Below are positions 1 through 8,365 of a stretch of DNA of 32,000 nucleotides, piece by piece. The DNA lies in the NCBI RefSeq assembly GCF_000196355.1, contig NC_007614.1:2400001-2432000 (forward strand). The letters are read 5' to 3'. A program made the translations under genes and the position numbers. Numbering within the stretch: the stretch's first letter is position 1; each line of letters opens with the position of its first letter. Under the pieces are notes generated by a model. The model was not told where the DNA came from. It worked only from the letters and a program-made list of their open reading frames with translations, and did not search any database. This DNA is from Nitrosospira multiformis ATCC 25196. GTDB taxonomy: Bacteria > Pseudomonadota > Gammaproteobacteria > Burkholderiales > Nitrosomonadaceae.

Positions 1-592
1 GCGAGTCTTGTCGAGTCCCATGGCGGATCGCGCCAGAAAAGGCATAGAACATCGCCAGGCGCTGCTCGAAGTGGAGCAATCCCGCCGCATTCCCGATATC
101 ACCCTTGCGGGCGGCATGATCAAGCATTGGGAATCAGGGGGAACGACTGCGATCGTAGGCGTCTCCATGCCGCTGCAATTCTTCGACCGGAACCAGGGAA
201 ACCTGCGGGAAGCCTATCAACGCCTGGATAAGGCACAGGATGAGCAAGCCGCGACCGACCTGCGCCTCAAGGCGGAACTGGTACAGGCCTACGAATCGTT
301 GACCGCAGCCGAGAACGAGATATCGATATTGCGCGGGGAGATATTGCCTGCGGCCCGAAGTGCTTTCGATGTGACGAACAAGGGTTATGAGCTCGGCAAA
401 TTCGGCTTTCTTGAAGTGCTCGACGCACAGCGCACCTTGTTTCAGAACCAGGTTTTATATGTGCGTGCGCTCGCCAATTACCACCGCCTTGTCAATGAAA
501 TCGAACGTTTGATTGCAGCCCCCCTCGATGGGAGGGCGAGACAGGACACCGATGAACCGGCCTATACCGATTTTACGGATGATAAGGAGTAG
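1..592 (+). CDS. czcC: Outer-membrane efflux factor, CzcC/TolC (OEP) family, C-terminal part; 5' end lies outside the window
   Basis: The frame is open from the window edge to TAG 590-592. The translation (..IPDITLAGG..FLEVLDAQRTLFQNQ..YHRLVNEIERL) looks like the second helical repeat of TolC-type outer membrane factors. It sits directly upstream of the membrane-fusion and RND genes. Confidence 0.8.
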   Translation, partial: RVLSSPMADRARKGIEHRQALLEVEQSRRIPDITLAGGMIKHWESGGTTAIVGVSMPLQFFDRNQGNLREAYQRLDKAQDEQAATDLRLKAELVQAYESLTAAENEISILRGEILPAARSAFDVTNKGYELGKFGFLEVLDAQRTLFQNQVLYVRALANYHRLVNEIERLIAAPLDGRARQDTDEPAYTDFTDDKE

Positions 593-594
593 AA

Positions 595-2124
595 GTGAAT
601 AACAGGAAGAAACTGATTTCAATCCTTTCCGTAATCGCCGCAGGAATTGCACTCGGCGGGTTGATACTCAGATCCGATAAGACTTCGCAATCCGTCTCCG
701 GGGATTCCGCAGCCCATCCCGCTCATGAAGCACCGGCGGTCGAAGGCAAGGCATCATCGAACTATCAGGAGGGGCCCAAAGGCGGAAAGCTTTTTACCGA
801 AGGTGGAACAGACGGCTTTGGCCTGGAGGTCACTATTTTCGAGGCCAACGTGCCGCCACGCTTCAGGCTCTACCTGTATGAAAAGAGCAAGCCCCTGCCG
901 CCCGCTGCCGCCAGGGTCATCATGACGCTGTCACGCCTTGGGGCACCCGCCCAGGTATTCGAATTCAGGCCTGAGGCCGATTATCTGGTAAGCGATCAGA
1001 TAGTAGAGGAGCCGCATTCGTTTGATGCCGTGATTACCGCTCAATGGAAAGGCAAGACAATCCGTTGGGAATACAGCCAGGTCGAGGCCAGGGTGGAAAT
1101 GCCGGACGAAATGCTGAAAGGTGCCGGCATTGAAATACGCACGGCCGGCCCGGCAATCATCAAACCCTTGCTCAAGCTGCCTGGCGAGATCATCTTTAAC
1201 GAGCATACGATCGTCCAGGTGGTACCCCGCCTGCCGGGAATAGTCACGGCCGTGAAGCGTCACCACGGCCAGCAGGTGCAGAAAGGAGAGATTCTTGTGG
1301 TGATAGAGAGCCAGATGCTGGCAGAGCTGCGCAGTCAGTACCGCGTAGCCAAGAAACGGCTGGCGCTGGCGGAGACCACCTACAAGCGCGAACGGCAGCT
1401 CTGGGAAGAAAAAATCTCCGCCAAGCAGGACTATCTCGTCGCCCAGGAGTTGCTGAATGAAGCGGAGATTGCAGTGGATCTGGCTGCGGTCAAGCTGCAA
1501 TCGCTCGGGGTGGAGCCGGAAGCGGCAGCTTCTTCCGGCAATCTGGCTCGCTACGAAGTCCAGGCCCCGATATCCGGCCTGATCATCGACAAGACTGTCG
1601 CCCTCGGTCAAACGCTGAAGGAAGATGAACATATTTTTGTTATTGCCGATGTCTCGACAGTATGGGCCGGCATCACGGTTTATCCAAAAGATCTGGATGT
1701 AGTCAAGGTTGGACAAAAAGCAATCGTCAAGGCAACAGCGTCGGATATAGAGGGGGAAGGCGTTGTTATCTACATCACCACTCTGATCGGCGGCCAGACC
1801 CGTACCGCCACGGCGCGGCTCGCCCTGCAAAACAAGGAGGGAAAATGGCGTCCCGGGATGTTTGTAACTGCCGAAATGGTGGCCGAAGAAATTCACGTAC
1901 CTGTTGCCGTATCTGCCGACGCGCTCCAGACACTCCATGGCTCGACTGTAGTATTCGGGCGTTATGGTGAATATTTCGAAGCGCGGCCGCTGGAGCTGGG
2001 GCGTAGCGATGGCAAGATGATCGAGGTTCTCGACGGCTTGCAGGCAGGAGAACAATACGCGGCAGGCAACAGCTTTGCGATCAAAGCCGAACTGGGTAAA
2101 TCGGGCGCCACTCATGAACACTAG
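595..2124 (+). CDS. czcB: RND efflux periplasmic adaptor (membrane fusion protein), CzcB family
   Basis: GTG 595 lies 2 nt after the czcC stop, with AAGGAG at 584-589, which suggests translational coupling. There is an N-terminal membrane anchor (LISILSVIAAGIALGGLIL). A coiled-coil hairpin (QMLAELRSQYRVAKKRLALAETTYKRERQLWEEKISAKQDY) and HlyD-type barrel segments follow. An extra ~150-aa N-terminal region precedes the core. Confidence 0.85.
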   Translation: MNNRKKLISILSVIAAGIALGGLILRSDKTSQSVSGDSAAHPAHEAPAVEGKASSNYQEGPKGGKLFTEGGTDGFGLEVTIFEANVPPRFRLYLYEKSKPLPPAAARVIMTLSRLGAPAQVFEFRPEADYLVSDQIVEEPHSFDAVITAQWKGKTIRWEYSQVEARVEMPDEMLKGAGIEIRTAGPAIIKPLLKLPGEIIFNEHTIVQVVPRLPGIVTAVKRHHGQQVQKGEILVVIESQMLAELRSQYRVAKKRLALAETTYKRERQLWEEKISAKQDYLVAQELLNEAEIAVDLAAVKLQSLGVEPEAAASSGNLARYEVQAPISGLIIDKTVALGQTLKEDEHIFVIADVSTVWAGITVYPKDLDVVKVGQKAIVKATASDIEGEGVVIYITTLIGGQTRTATARLALQNKEGKWRPGMFVTAEMVAEEIHVPVAVSADALQTLHGSTVVFGRYGEYFEARPLELGRSDGKMIEVLDGLQAGEQYAAGNSFAIKAELGKSGATHEH

Positions 2125-2183
2125 ATCCGGGTCAGGCAATGGCTCTAACCATCGCGATCAAATAGATCAGCTCCACCGACATC

Positions 2184-5100
2184 ATGATTGAGCGCATCCT
2201 CGAACTCTCCATTCAGCGGCGCGTGCTGGTTCTGATGGCGGTGCTGACAATGGGCGGCGTGGGAATCCATAGCTACCTGAAGCTCCCCATCGACGCCGTG
2301 CCCGACATTACTAACGTTCAGGTACAGATCAATACGCGGGCAACCGGGTATACCCCGATCGAGGTAGAACAACGCGTAACTTTCCCGATCGAGATGATCA
2401 TGGCGGGGCTCCCCAATCTCGCGTACACCCGCTCGCTTTCCCGCTACGGCCTCTCGCAGGTTACGGTTATTTTTGAGGACGGCACGGATATCTACCTCGC
2501 CCGTCAGTTGATCGACCAGAGGCTGCAGGAAGCCAAAGAGCGTTTACCGGTCGATGTGGAAACGACTATGGGGCCGATCTCCACCGGTCTGGGCGAGATT
2601 TTCATGTGGTCTGTCAACGCAAAAGAGGGGGCGCGAAAGCCTGATGGGTCGCCTTACAGCATCACCGACCTGCGGGAAATCCAGGATTGGGTCATCCGGC
2701 CGCAGTTGCGCATGGTACCTGGCGTCACGGAAATAAATGCTCTCGGAGGTTTCGTCAAGCAATTCCATGTCGCGCCCTACCCCGAAAAGCTGATCTCTTT
2801 CGGATTGACACTGGATGACGTCATCATCGCATTGCGCCTCAACAACCTTAATGTCGGCGCTGGATACATCGAGAAAAGCGGCGAGCAGTACCTGGTGCGA
2901 GTGCCGGGACAGGTGGCAAACCTGGAAGAGATTGGGAACATCACCCTGGGATCCCGGCTGGGGATACCCATACGTATCAAGGATGTGGCCGATGTGCTGA
3001 TAGGACGGGAATTGCGCACCGGTGCCGCGACCCAGAATGGGCAGGAGACCGTGATCGGCACCGCCCACATGCTGATCGGGGAAAACAGTCGTGTCGTTTC
3101 GCAGGCGGTCGCAAAAAAACTTGCCGAAATCAACCGGAATCTGCCGAGAGGTGTCGAAGCAATCGCTGTCTATGATCGGACGACGCTCGTGGACAAGACG
3201 ATCAGGACTGTTGCCACCAACCTGCTCGAAGGCGCGATACTGGTCATCGTCGTGCTGCTCCTTTTCCTTGGCAATCTGCGGGCGGCCGTCATCACTTCGC
3301 TCGTGATTCCCCTCTCGATGCTGTTCACCTTTACCGGAATGGTAACCAATGAGGTCAGCGCCAATCTGATGAGCCTGGGGGCACTCGATTTCGGCCTCAT
3401 TGTGGACGGCGCGATCGTCATCGTGGAAAACAGCATGCGGCGGCTGGCTCATGAGCAGGCTCGACTGGGGCGGCAACTCTCGTTGAACGAGCGTCTCGCA
3501 GCGGTATTCGACGCGACCAGGGAAGCGCGGCGTGTGCTCATTTATGGCGAGCTCATCATCATGGTGGTTTATCTTCCCGTCTTCACGCTTTCAGGGGTGG
3601 AAGGAAAGATGTTCCACCCAATGGCCTACACGGTATTAACCGCCCTGCTAGGGGCAATGATTCTTTCCATAACGTTTATCCCGGCGGCGATTGCACTCTT
3701 CCTGACGGGAAAAGTGACAGAAAAGGAAAGTGCGGTGGTTGCGTGGGCAAAGAAAGCCTACCTGCCGGCTCTCGACGCCGCAATGGGGAACCAGGGCCTC
3801 ACCGTCGCCATCGTGGTTGTAATTGTTGTGTTGAGTGGCCTGCTAGTCACAAAAATGGGGACGGAGTTCGTGCCCAGTCTCAATGAGGGAGATATCGCGC
3901 TGCACGCGATCCGCATTCCCGGCACCAGCCTGACCACAGCCATCGAGATGCAGCATGAGGTGGAGGGGACGATCAAGACATTTCCCGAGGTGGAGCGTGT
4001 TTTCACCAAGATCGGGACTGCCGAGATTGCAACCGACCCCATGCCGCCGAACGTGGCGGACATCTTCGTCATGCTAAAACCCCAGTCGCAATGGCGGAAA
4101 CAATATTCCACGAAAGCGGATCTTATTGCCGCGCTGGAACAGGCGGTAGGCCAGGTACCGGGCAACAATTATGAATTTACTCAGCCCATCCAGATGCGGT
4201 TCAACGAGTTGCTGTCCGGTGTGCGAGCGGACGTGGCGGTAAAGGTATTCGGTGACGACATGGACACGCTGTTCAGGGTAGCAGACCAGGTCGAGCATCT
4301 GCTCAAGACTGTTCCAGGCGCGGCGGATGTAAAAACCGAACAACTTACCGGGCTGCCGGTGCTGACCGTTCAGCCTGACCGTGTAAAGCTTGCGCGTTAC
4401 GGATTGAATATTGCGGATATACAGGATGCAGTAGCGGTTGCCATTGGTGGAAAAAATGCCGGAACCATTTTCGAGGGCGACCGCCGCTTCGAGTTGCAGG
4501 TGCGGCTCCCGGAACAGTTGCGGGCCGATCCGGATGCACTCCGGCGATTGCCCATCGGTATTCTCATACAAGGACCGTCAACGCGAAATCCGCAAAGCCA
4601 GTCACCCCTCGGCATGACCTACGTTACCCTCGGCGAAGTCGCCGTCATCGAAGTCCTCCAGGGACCCAATCAGGTGAGCCGGGAAAACGGCAAGCGCCGG
4701 GCTGTCGTTACAGCAAATGTACGAGGCAGGGATATTGGTTCCTTTGTCGAAGAAGCGGAAGCACTGGTGGTAAAGCAAGTGTCAGTTCCTTCGGGATATT
4801 GGCTCACGTGGGGGGGACAGTTCGAGCAACTGGTTTCTGCGGCGAAGCGGTTGCAAATAGCAATTCCCCTGGCGCTTGGACTGATCCTGATGCTGCTTTA
4901 TACCATGTTCGGCAATTTTCGGGACGGGCTGTTGATGTTCACCGGCGTTCCCTTTGCCCTCAGTGGCGGTATAGTGGCCTTGTGGTTGCGGGACATTCCC
5001 TTGTCCATTTCCGCTGCGGTCGGGTTCATTGCTCTGTCTGGTGTCGCCGTGCTGAACGGTCTCGTGATGCTGTCGTTCATACGGGACTTGCGTGCGCAAG

Positions 5101-5360
5101 GCCGGTCGCTGGAAAATGCCATCAAGGAAGGAGCGCTCGCGAGATTGCGGCCGGTATTGATGACAGCCCTGGTGGCTGCCCTCGGGTTCGTTCCCATGGC
5201 CCTGGCTACAAGTATCGGGGCGGAAGTGCAGCGGCCGCTGGCAACGGTAGTCATTGGAGGAATTCTCTCATCCACCGCGCTGACACTGCTGGTACTACCG
5301 GTGCTGTACCATCTCGTCCATGGAAGAGATGCGCTCTCCCATCGGGACAAGTTGAAATGA
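2184..5360 (+). CDS. czcA: Heavy-metal efflux RND transporter, CzcA/HME family
   Basis: The 1058-aa ORF has a 12-TM RND layout. The TMH IV motif DFGLIVDGAIVIVEN (3387-3431) matches the DFG..DGA..VEN signature of divalent-cation HME-RND pumps. The N-terminus MIERILELSIQRRVLVL is typical of CzcA/CusA. Confidence 0.95.
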   Translation: MIERILELSIQRRVLVLMAVLTMGGVGIHSYLKLPIDAVPDITNVQVQINTRATGYTPIEVEQRVTFPIEMIMAGLPNLAYTRSLSRYGLSQVTVIFEDGTDIYLARQLIDQRLQEAKERLPVDVETTMGPISTGLGEIFMWSVNAKEGARKPDGSPYSITDLREIQDWVIRPQLRMVPGVTEINALGGFVKQFHVAPYPEKLISFGLTLDDVIIALRLNNLNVGAGYIEKSGEQYLVRVPGQVANLEEIGNITLGSRLGIPIRIKDVADVLIGRELRTGAATQNGQETVIGTAHMLIGENSRVVSQAVAKKLAEINRNLPRGVEAIAVYDRTTLVDKTIRTVATNLLEGAILVIVVLLLFLGNLRAAVITSLVIPLSMLFTFTGMVTNEVSANLMSLGALDFGLIVDGAIVIVENSMRRLAHEQARLGRQLSLNERLAAVFDATREARRVLIYGELIIMVVYLPVFTLSGVEGKMFHPMAYTVLTALLGAMILSITFIPAAIALFLTGKVTEKESAVVAWAKKAYLPALDAAMGNQGLTVAIVVVIVVLSGLLVTKMGTEFVPSLNEGDIALHAIRIPGTSLTTAIEMQHEVEGTIKTFPEVERVFTKIGTAEIATDPMPPNVADIFVMLKPQSQWRKQYSTKADLIAALEQAVGQVPGNNYEFTQPIQMRFNELLSGVRADVAVKVFGDDMDTLFRVADQVEHLLKTVPGAADVKTEQLTGLPVLTVQPDRVKLARYGLNIADIQDAVAVAIGGKNAGTIFEGDRRFELQVRLPEQLRADPDALRRLPIGILIQGPSTRNPQSQSPLGMTYVTLGEVAVIEVLQGPNQVSRENGKRRAVVTANVRGRDIGSFVEEAEALVVKQVSVPSGYWLTWGGQFEQLVSAAKRLQIAIPLALGLILMLLYTMFGNFRDGLLMFTGVPFALSGGIVALWLRDIPLSISAAVGFIALSGVAVLNGLVMLSFIRDLRAQGRSLENAIKEGALARLRPVLMTALVAALGFVPMALATSIGAEVQRPLATVVIGGILSSTALTLLVLPVLYHLVHGRDALSHRDKLK

Positions 5361-5462
5361 CGTCCATTTCCCTATTTTTGGTCCGACTGCTGCGACTCCA
5401 TTCCTGACAATGATCTACCACGCGTTTCGGGATTTCAAACCGATTCAATCATGGGAGTGAGC

Positions 5463-5649
5463 GTCGACCCGGATATTTCGCCAAACCGATCTGAGAATTG
5501 CAGAAAGCCGCATGAACATGAGCATTTGATCAACCAAGGCGGAGTCCAGTTCACCGTCGGCTTTCATGGGGGCCAGGGGTATCTTGCAGCAAACCTACTC
5601 CCAAAATACTTCGCATTATCCGGTGATCTGGTGAAATATCCGGGTTAAC
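5463..5649. repeat. ~187 bp segment bounded by 20-bp imperfect inverted repeats (13-bp perfect core ACCCGGATATTTC)
   Basis: The left arm is 5463-5482 GTCGACCCGGATATTTCGCC. The reverse complement of 5630-5649 is GTTAACCCGGATATTTCACC. That is 17 of 20 matches with a perfect 13-bp core. No convincing gene lies inside. Confidence 0.4.
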
Positions 5650-6001
5650 GGCGAGGATCACTGGCTCTACACTCGCTCCTTTCTTCCCCTTCAATTCCCT
5701 TACCTATTTTGGCATGGGTCAAATTGTATCCGCTGCCCGTAGCATCCACCTACCTGTCACCTGCCGGGGTTGTCGGGCTGCCGCTATTTTTTTGGGTGAC
5801 AGCCTCCTTCCCGCTTCCATTTCCGGATAAAAATTTCCCTACTCCCTGTTCCCGCCCAACCTGCCCGTAAAGGATTTGGTTGAGCTTGCTTGCGGCATGG
5901 GGTGCGCTAAACATAAAACAAACAGGCGAGAGTTGGGTGCCTCTTCCCTGGCTCAAGCTGCTCCGCTGCATGGAAGGTTATAACTTTGGATTCAGGAGAA
6001 A

Positions 6002-6108
6002 GTGTTGCGCCCTACCGAACCCGTCAAGCTCACCAGATTGATGGAGCGTACCCCGGCAATCCCGATATCAGGATCGGGCTCATCGACGGACCTGTCGCCA
6101 TCCGTTAA
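6002..6108 (+). pseudogene. Remnant N-terminus of a PatA/PatG-like S8 subtilase (frameshifted and truncated)
   Basis: AGGAG 5994-5998 is followed by GTG 6002 / TTG 6005, reading (V)LRPTEPVKLTRLMERTP. After a 1-nt shift at the C-run 6051-6054 the reading continues GNPDIRIGLIDGPVAIR* (6055-6108). The joined string resembles the catalytic-Asp block L..LW..T.GDP.I.VAVLDG.VD of cyanobactin-type subtilases. I found no His or Ser catalytic blocks downstream in any frame. Confidence 0.4.
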
Positions 6109-6132
6109 TTTCTTAAAGAAGGAGGTGTGAAA

Positions 6133-6189
6133 ATGAGTATGCCAGGATTTACTGCGGCGGATTCGCTCCCCCGAACTACCGTGCAATAA
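6133..6189 (+). CDS. 18-aa micro-ORF MSMPGFTAADSLPRTTVQ with a perfect Shine-Dalgarno site. It is either a stand-alone small peptide or the N-terminus of a nonsense-interrupted gene.
   Basis: AAGGAGGTG 6119-6127 is a full complement of the anti-SD, and 5 nt separate it from ATG 6133. The stop is TAA 6187-6189. The same frame then stays open to TGA 6565-6567. Confidence 0.3.
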   Translation: MSMPGFTAADSLPRTTVQ

Positions 6190-6688
6190 CTTCGATTACA
6201 AACCCCGATGGGGAATGCAAACCGACAGGCAATATCCCTACGGCAGCGGGCAACTTCTGTCTCTCGACTTTTTTCGTTGCAGTCATGCGTACGTGGTCAG
6301 TCATTCGGCTGTCCGCCGCCCGGCGTGGGCGCACCCTGTTATCTCCGGCGACGCACGAGTCGATATCACCCTTGTCAGGGGGATGAGAAAACTGAAAATC
6401 AGGTGGGGTCAAGCGGGGTTTGGGCGAGGTTTTGCTGGTCTTTCAATTTTGAATTGGACGGAGTTGATTGCGGAGGACCTGCAGAAGCCCCCTGCCTCCA
6501 GCTATGTCCCACAGTCTGCTGCCTGCCCTGCCTTGCTGCCTGCCGGCCACCCGATTGCTTGGGCTGAGAGAATTTCTTCCCCACCATGCCATAACGGATG
6601 AAATGTTTTCATCCTAAGTGCTTCAAAATATCAGGGAATTCAGGATTTAGGTTAAAATAATCCTTTAACCATCCAGGACGCCAATTTG

Positions 6689-7903
6689 ATGAAAAAACTT
6701 CGCGTCCCTCATCGCACCAAGTCTGCGCGCGTGGTTCAGGAGCTGGTCCGCCTGGCTGCGGGACTTGCCGCCTCTGGCAGCCGCGTAGAAGACGCCTTCT
6801 GGGAGAATTGCCTTACCGCAAAAATACATGCCCAATTGCGAACGGGAGACGATCAGAATCTCGAATCTGCACTGGATCAGCTTTATGACACTGATCCTGG
6901 AGGCTACAGTGAATTCATGTATGCCATCGAAGCCGCAATAGAATGCAGTATATTCACGCGAGGGAATCACACTTACGACGTTTTGATGCTTGCTGTACCG
7001 ATGCTCACCTGGTCGCGTTTTTCGATTCCCTCGGGACTAATAGCAGAATCCGTGCTTTCTGAACTTCGGGGGCAGTTGCAGGTGCAGGTGTTGGCGGACG
7101 ATGCCCAGCTTGCGCTTGCAGATTGTCTTTTCAGCCCCGATCAATTGCCAAGAGGCTATCATCTTACACATGAACTGGCTCGCAAACTCTGGTCGACGGC
7201 GGTGACCGGACAACGCGACTTGCATATGAACCCACGGCAGCTCCCTGAAACGGGACGATTTCTTTCTGATACCCGTTATCTCCTCGGCGGGATCGCGGTA
7301 CCTCAGGGAAAACCCATGTTCCGCTGGCAGCAAGGCACTGCGGGCGAACACAAGGGCAGCAACGTTTCCGCTCTCCAGTTCTCCAAAGAGCAGATACTGC
7401 ATGCATGGCAAACTCACGGTACTGCGGTGCTGCTGCCGCTATTCCAGGGCTGTGCGTTTGAGCTGCTGATGCCGGATGGCTTTTTTTCAGCATGGCGCGC
7501 CGCGGATCGTCTGGCGCGCCCCTATTCGGTGCGCGCCACGGTTGATTTTCTGGAAACCACTTTGGGTATTTCCCCCGACAGATTGCGTGCAGTGATCGCG
7601 CCTTTCTATGATCAGTGGCTGGAGGAATACCGCATTGGATTCACCCTCAAGGATCGGGACAGCGTGCTCTACGGCATCATCTGGGGACTGGTAGGGGATG
7701 AGGATGAAAATACGGATAGTGTCGCTCAGATCGAGGCAGCGCTGCGGGAATGCGGAGTGACACAAACCATACTACTGCAGGAGCATTTTCTTTTGGAGTA
7801 CTGCGAAGAATGCGGGGGACCCCTGTTTCCCAACGTGAATGGTGAAATCGTGCATGCAGAATTCCCGGAAGAAGGTGAAGTGGCCCCCATACACCTGCAT
7901 TGA
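6689..7903 (+). CDS. Conserved hypothetical protein, possibly DUF2863 family (assigned from memory, unverified)
   Basis: This is a long ORF of ~404 aa with protein-like composition and no antisense competitor of comparable quality. ATG 6689 follows TTG 6686. The C-terminus carries CEEC (..EYCEECGGPLFPNVNGEIVHAEF..). It lies upstream of the msrB-yciB cluster. Confidence 0.7.
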   Translation: MKKLRVPHRTKSARVVQELVRLAAGLAASGSRVEDAFWENCLTAKIHAQLRTGDDQNLESALDQLYDTDPGGYSEFMYAIEAAIECSIFTRGNHTYDVLMLAVPMLTWSRFSIPSGLIAESVLSELRGQLQVQVLADDAQLALADCLFSPDQLPRGYHLTHELARKLWSTAVTGQRDLHMNPRQLPETGRFLSDTRYLLGGIAVPQGKPMFRWQQGTAGEHKGSNVSALQFSKEQILHAWQTHGTAVLLPLFQGCAFELLMPDGFFSAWRAADRLARPYSVRATVDFLETTLGISPDRLRAVIAPFYDQWLEEYRIGFTLKDRDSVLYGIIWGLVGDEDENTDSVAQIEAALRECGVTQTILLQEHFLLEYCEECGGPLFPNVNGEIVHAEFPEEGEVAPIHLH

Positions 7904-7954
7904 GAGTGTTCATCATCTTATTCAGGAGCATCAATTTTTTCCGGAAGAGGAATT

Positions 7955-8365
7955 ATGAACGACAAGCTTGTTAAATCCGACCAGGAATGGAAAAACCAGC
8001 TGACCCCGCAGCAGTATCATGTATGCCGCGAAAAAGGGACGGAGCGGGCATTCACAGGGGAATACTGGAACTGCCACGATCAGGGGGTGTATCGTTGCGC
8101 TTGCTGCGGCGCCGCCTTGTTTGACTCGGATACCAAATTCGATTCCGGTACGGGATGGCCTTCTTTCTGGCAGCCTACACGATCGGAAAATGTCGTCAAT
8201 CAGGAAGATAACAGTCATTTCATGCGCCGGGTAGAAGTGTTGTGCGCCCGCTGCGACGCGCACCTCGGTCACGTATTCGAGGACGGTCCTGCTCCGACGG
8301 GGCTGCGCTACTGCATCAATTCTGCTTCCCTCAAGCTCGATCGAGATTCTTCGAAGACTGAATAA
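7955..8365 (+). CDS. msrB: Peptide-methionine (R)-S-oxide reductase MsrB
   Basis: The translation contains [11 protein letters not shown], two CxxC pairs (CACCGAAL / [12 protein letters not shown]) and the catalytic ..[11 protein letters not shown].. motif. A GAAGAGG SD lies upstream of ATG 7955. Confidence 0.95.
   Translation: MNDKLVKSDQEWKNQLTPQQYHVCREKGTERAFTGEYWNCHDQGVYRCACCGAALFDSDTKFDSGTGWPSFWQPTRSENVVNQEDNSHFMRRVEVLCARCDAHLGHVFEDGPAPTGLRYCINSASLKLDRDSSKTE

Noticed and set aside
931-2139. A 402-aa ORF antisense to czcB.
   Set aside because: This is a shadow ORF of a GC-rich gene. Its composition is Arg/Leu/Gly/Phe-heavy with no recognisable domain. The opposite strand has an unambiguous membrane-fusion protein.
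2544-3476. A 310-aa ORF antisense to czcA, plus several shorter ones up to 5350.
   Set aside because: These are antisense shadows inside a clearly homologous RND transporter gene. They have no SD and a non-protein-like composition.
5451-5648. A 65-aa plus-strand ORF, and a 40-codon minus-strand ORF at 5445..5567, inside the IR-bounded element.
   Set aside because: They have no SD and no recognisable motifs, and their ORF length is compatible with chance. They are not called as genes.
6208-6601. Track ORFs 6208..6567 (119 aa) and 6215..6601 (128 aa) as independent genes.
   Set aside because: Neither ATG has a usable SD. The sequences are Arg/Pro/Cys/Ser-rich with no recognisable family, and the two overlap in different frames. 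The first is retained only as the in-frame continuation discussed in the micro-ORF finding.
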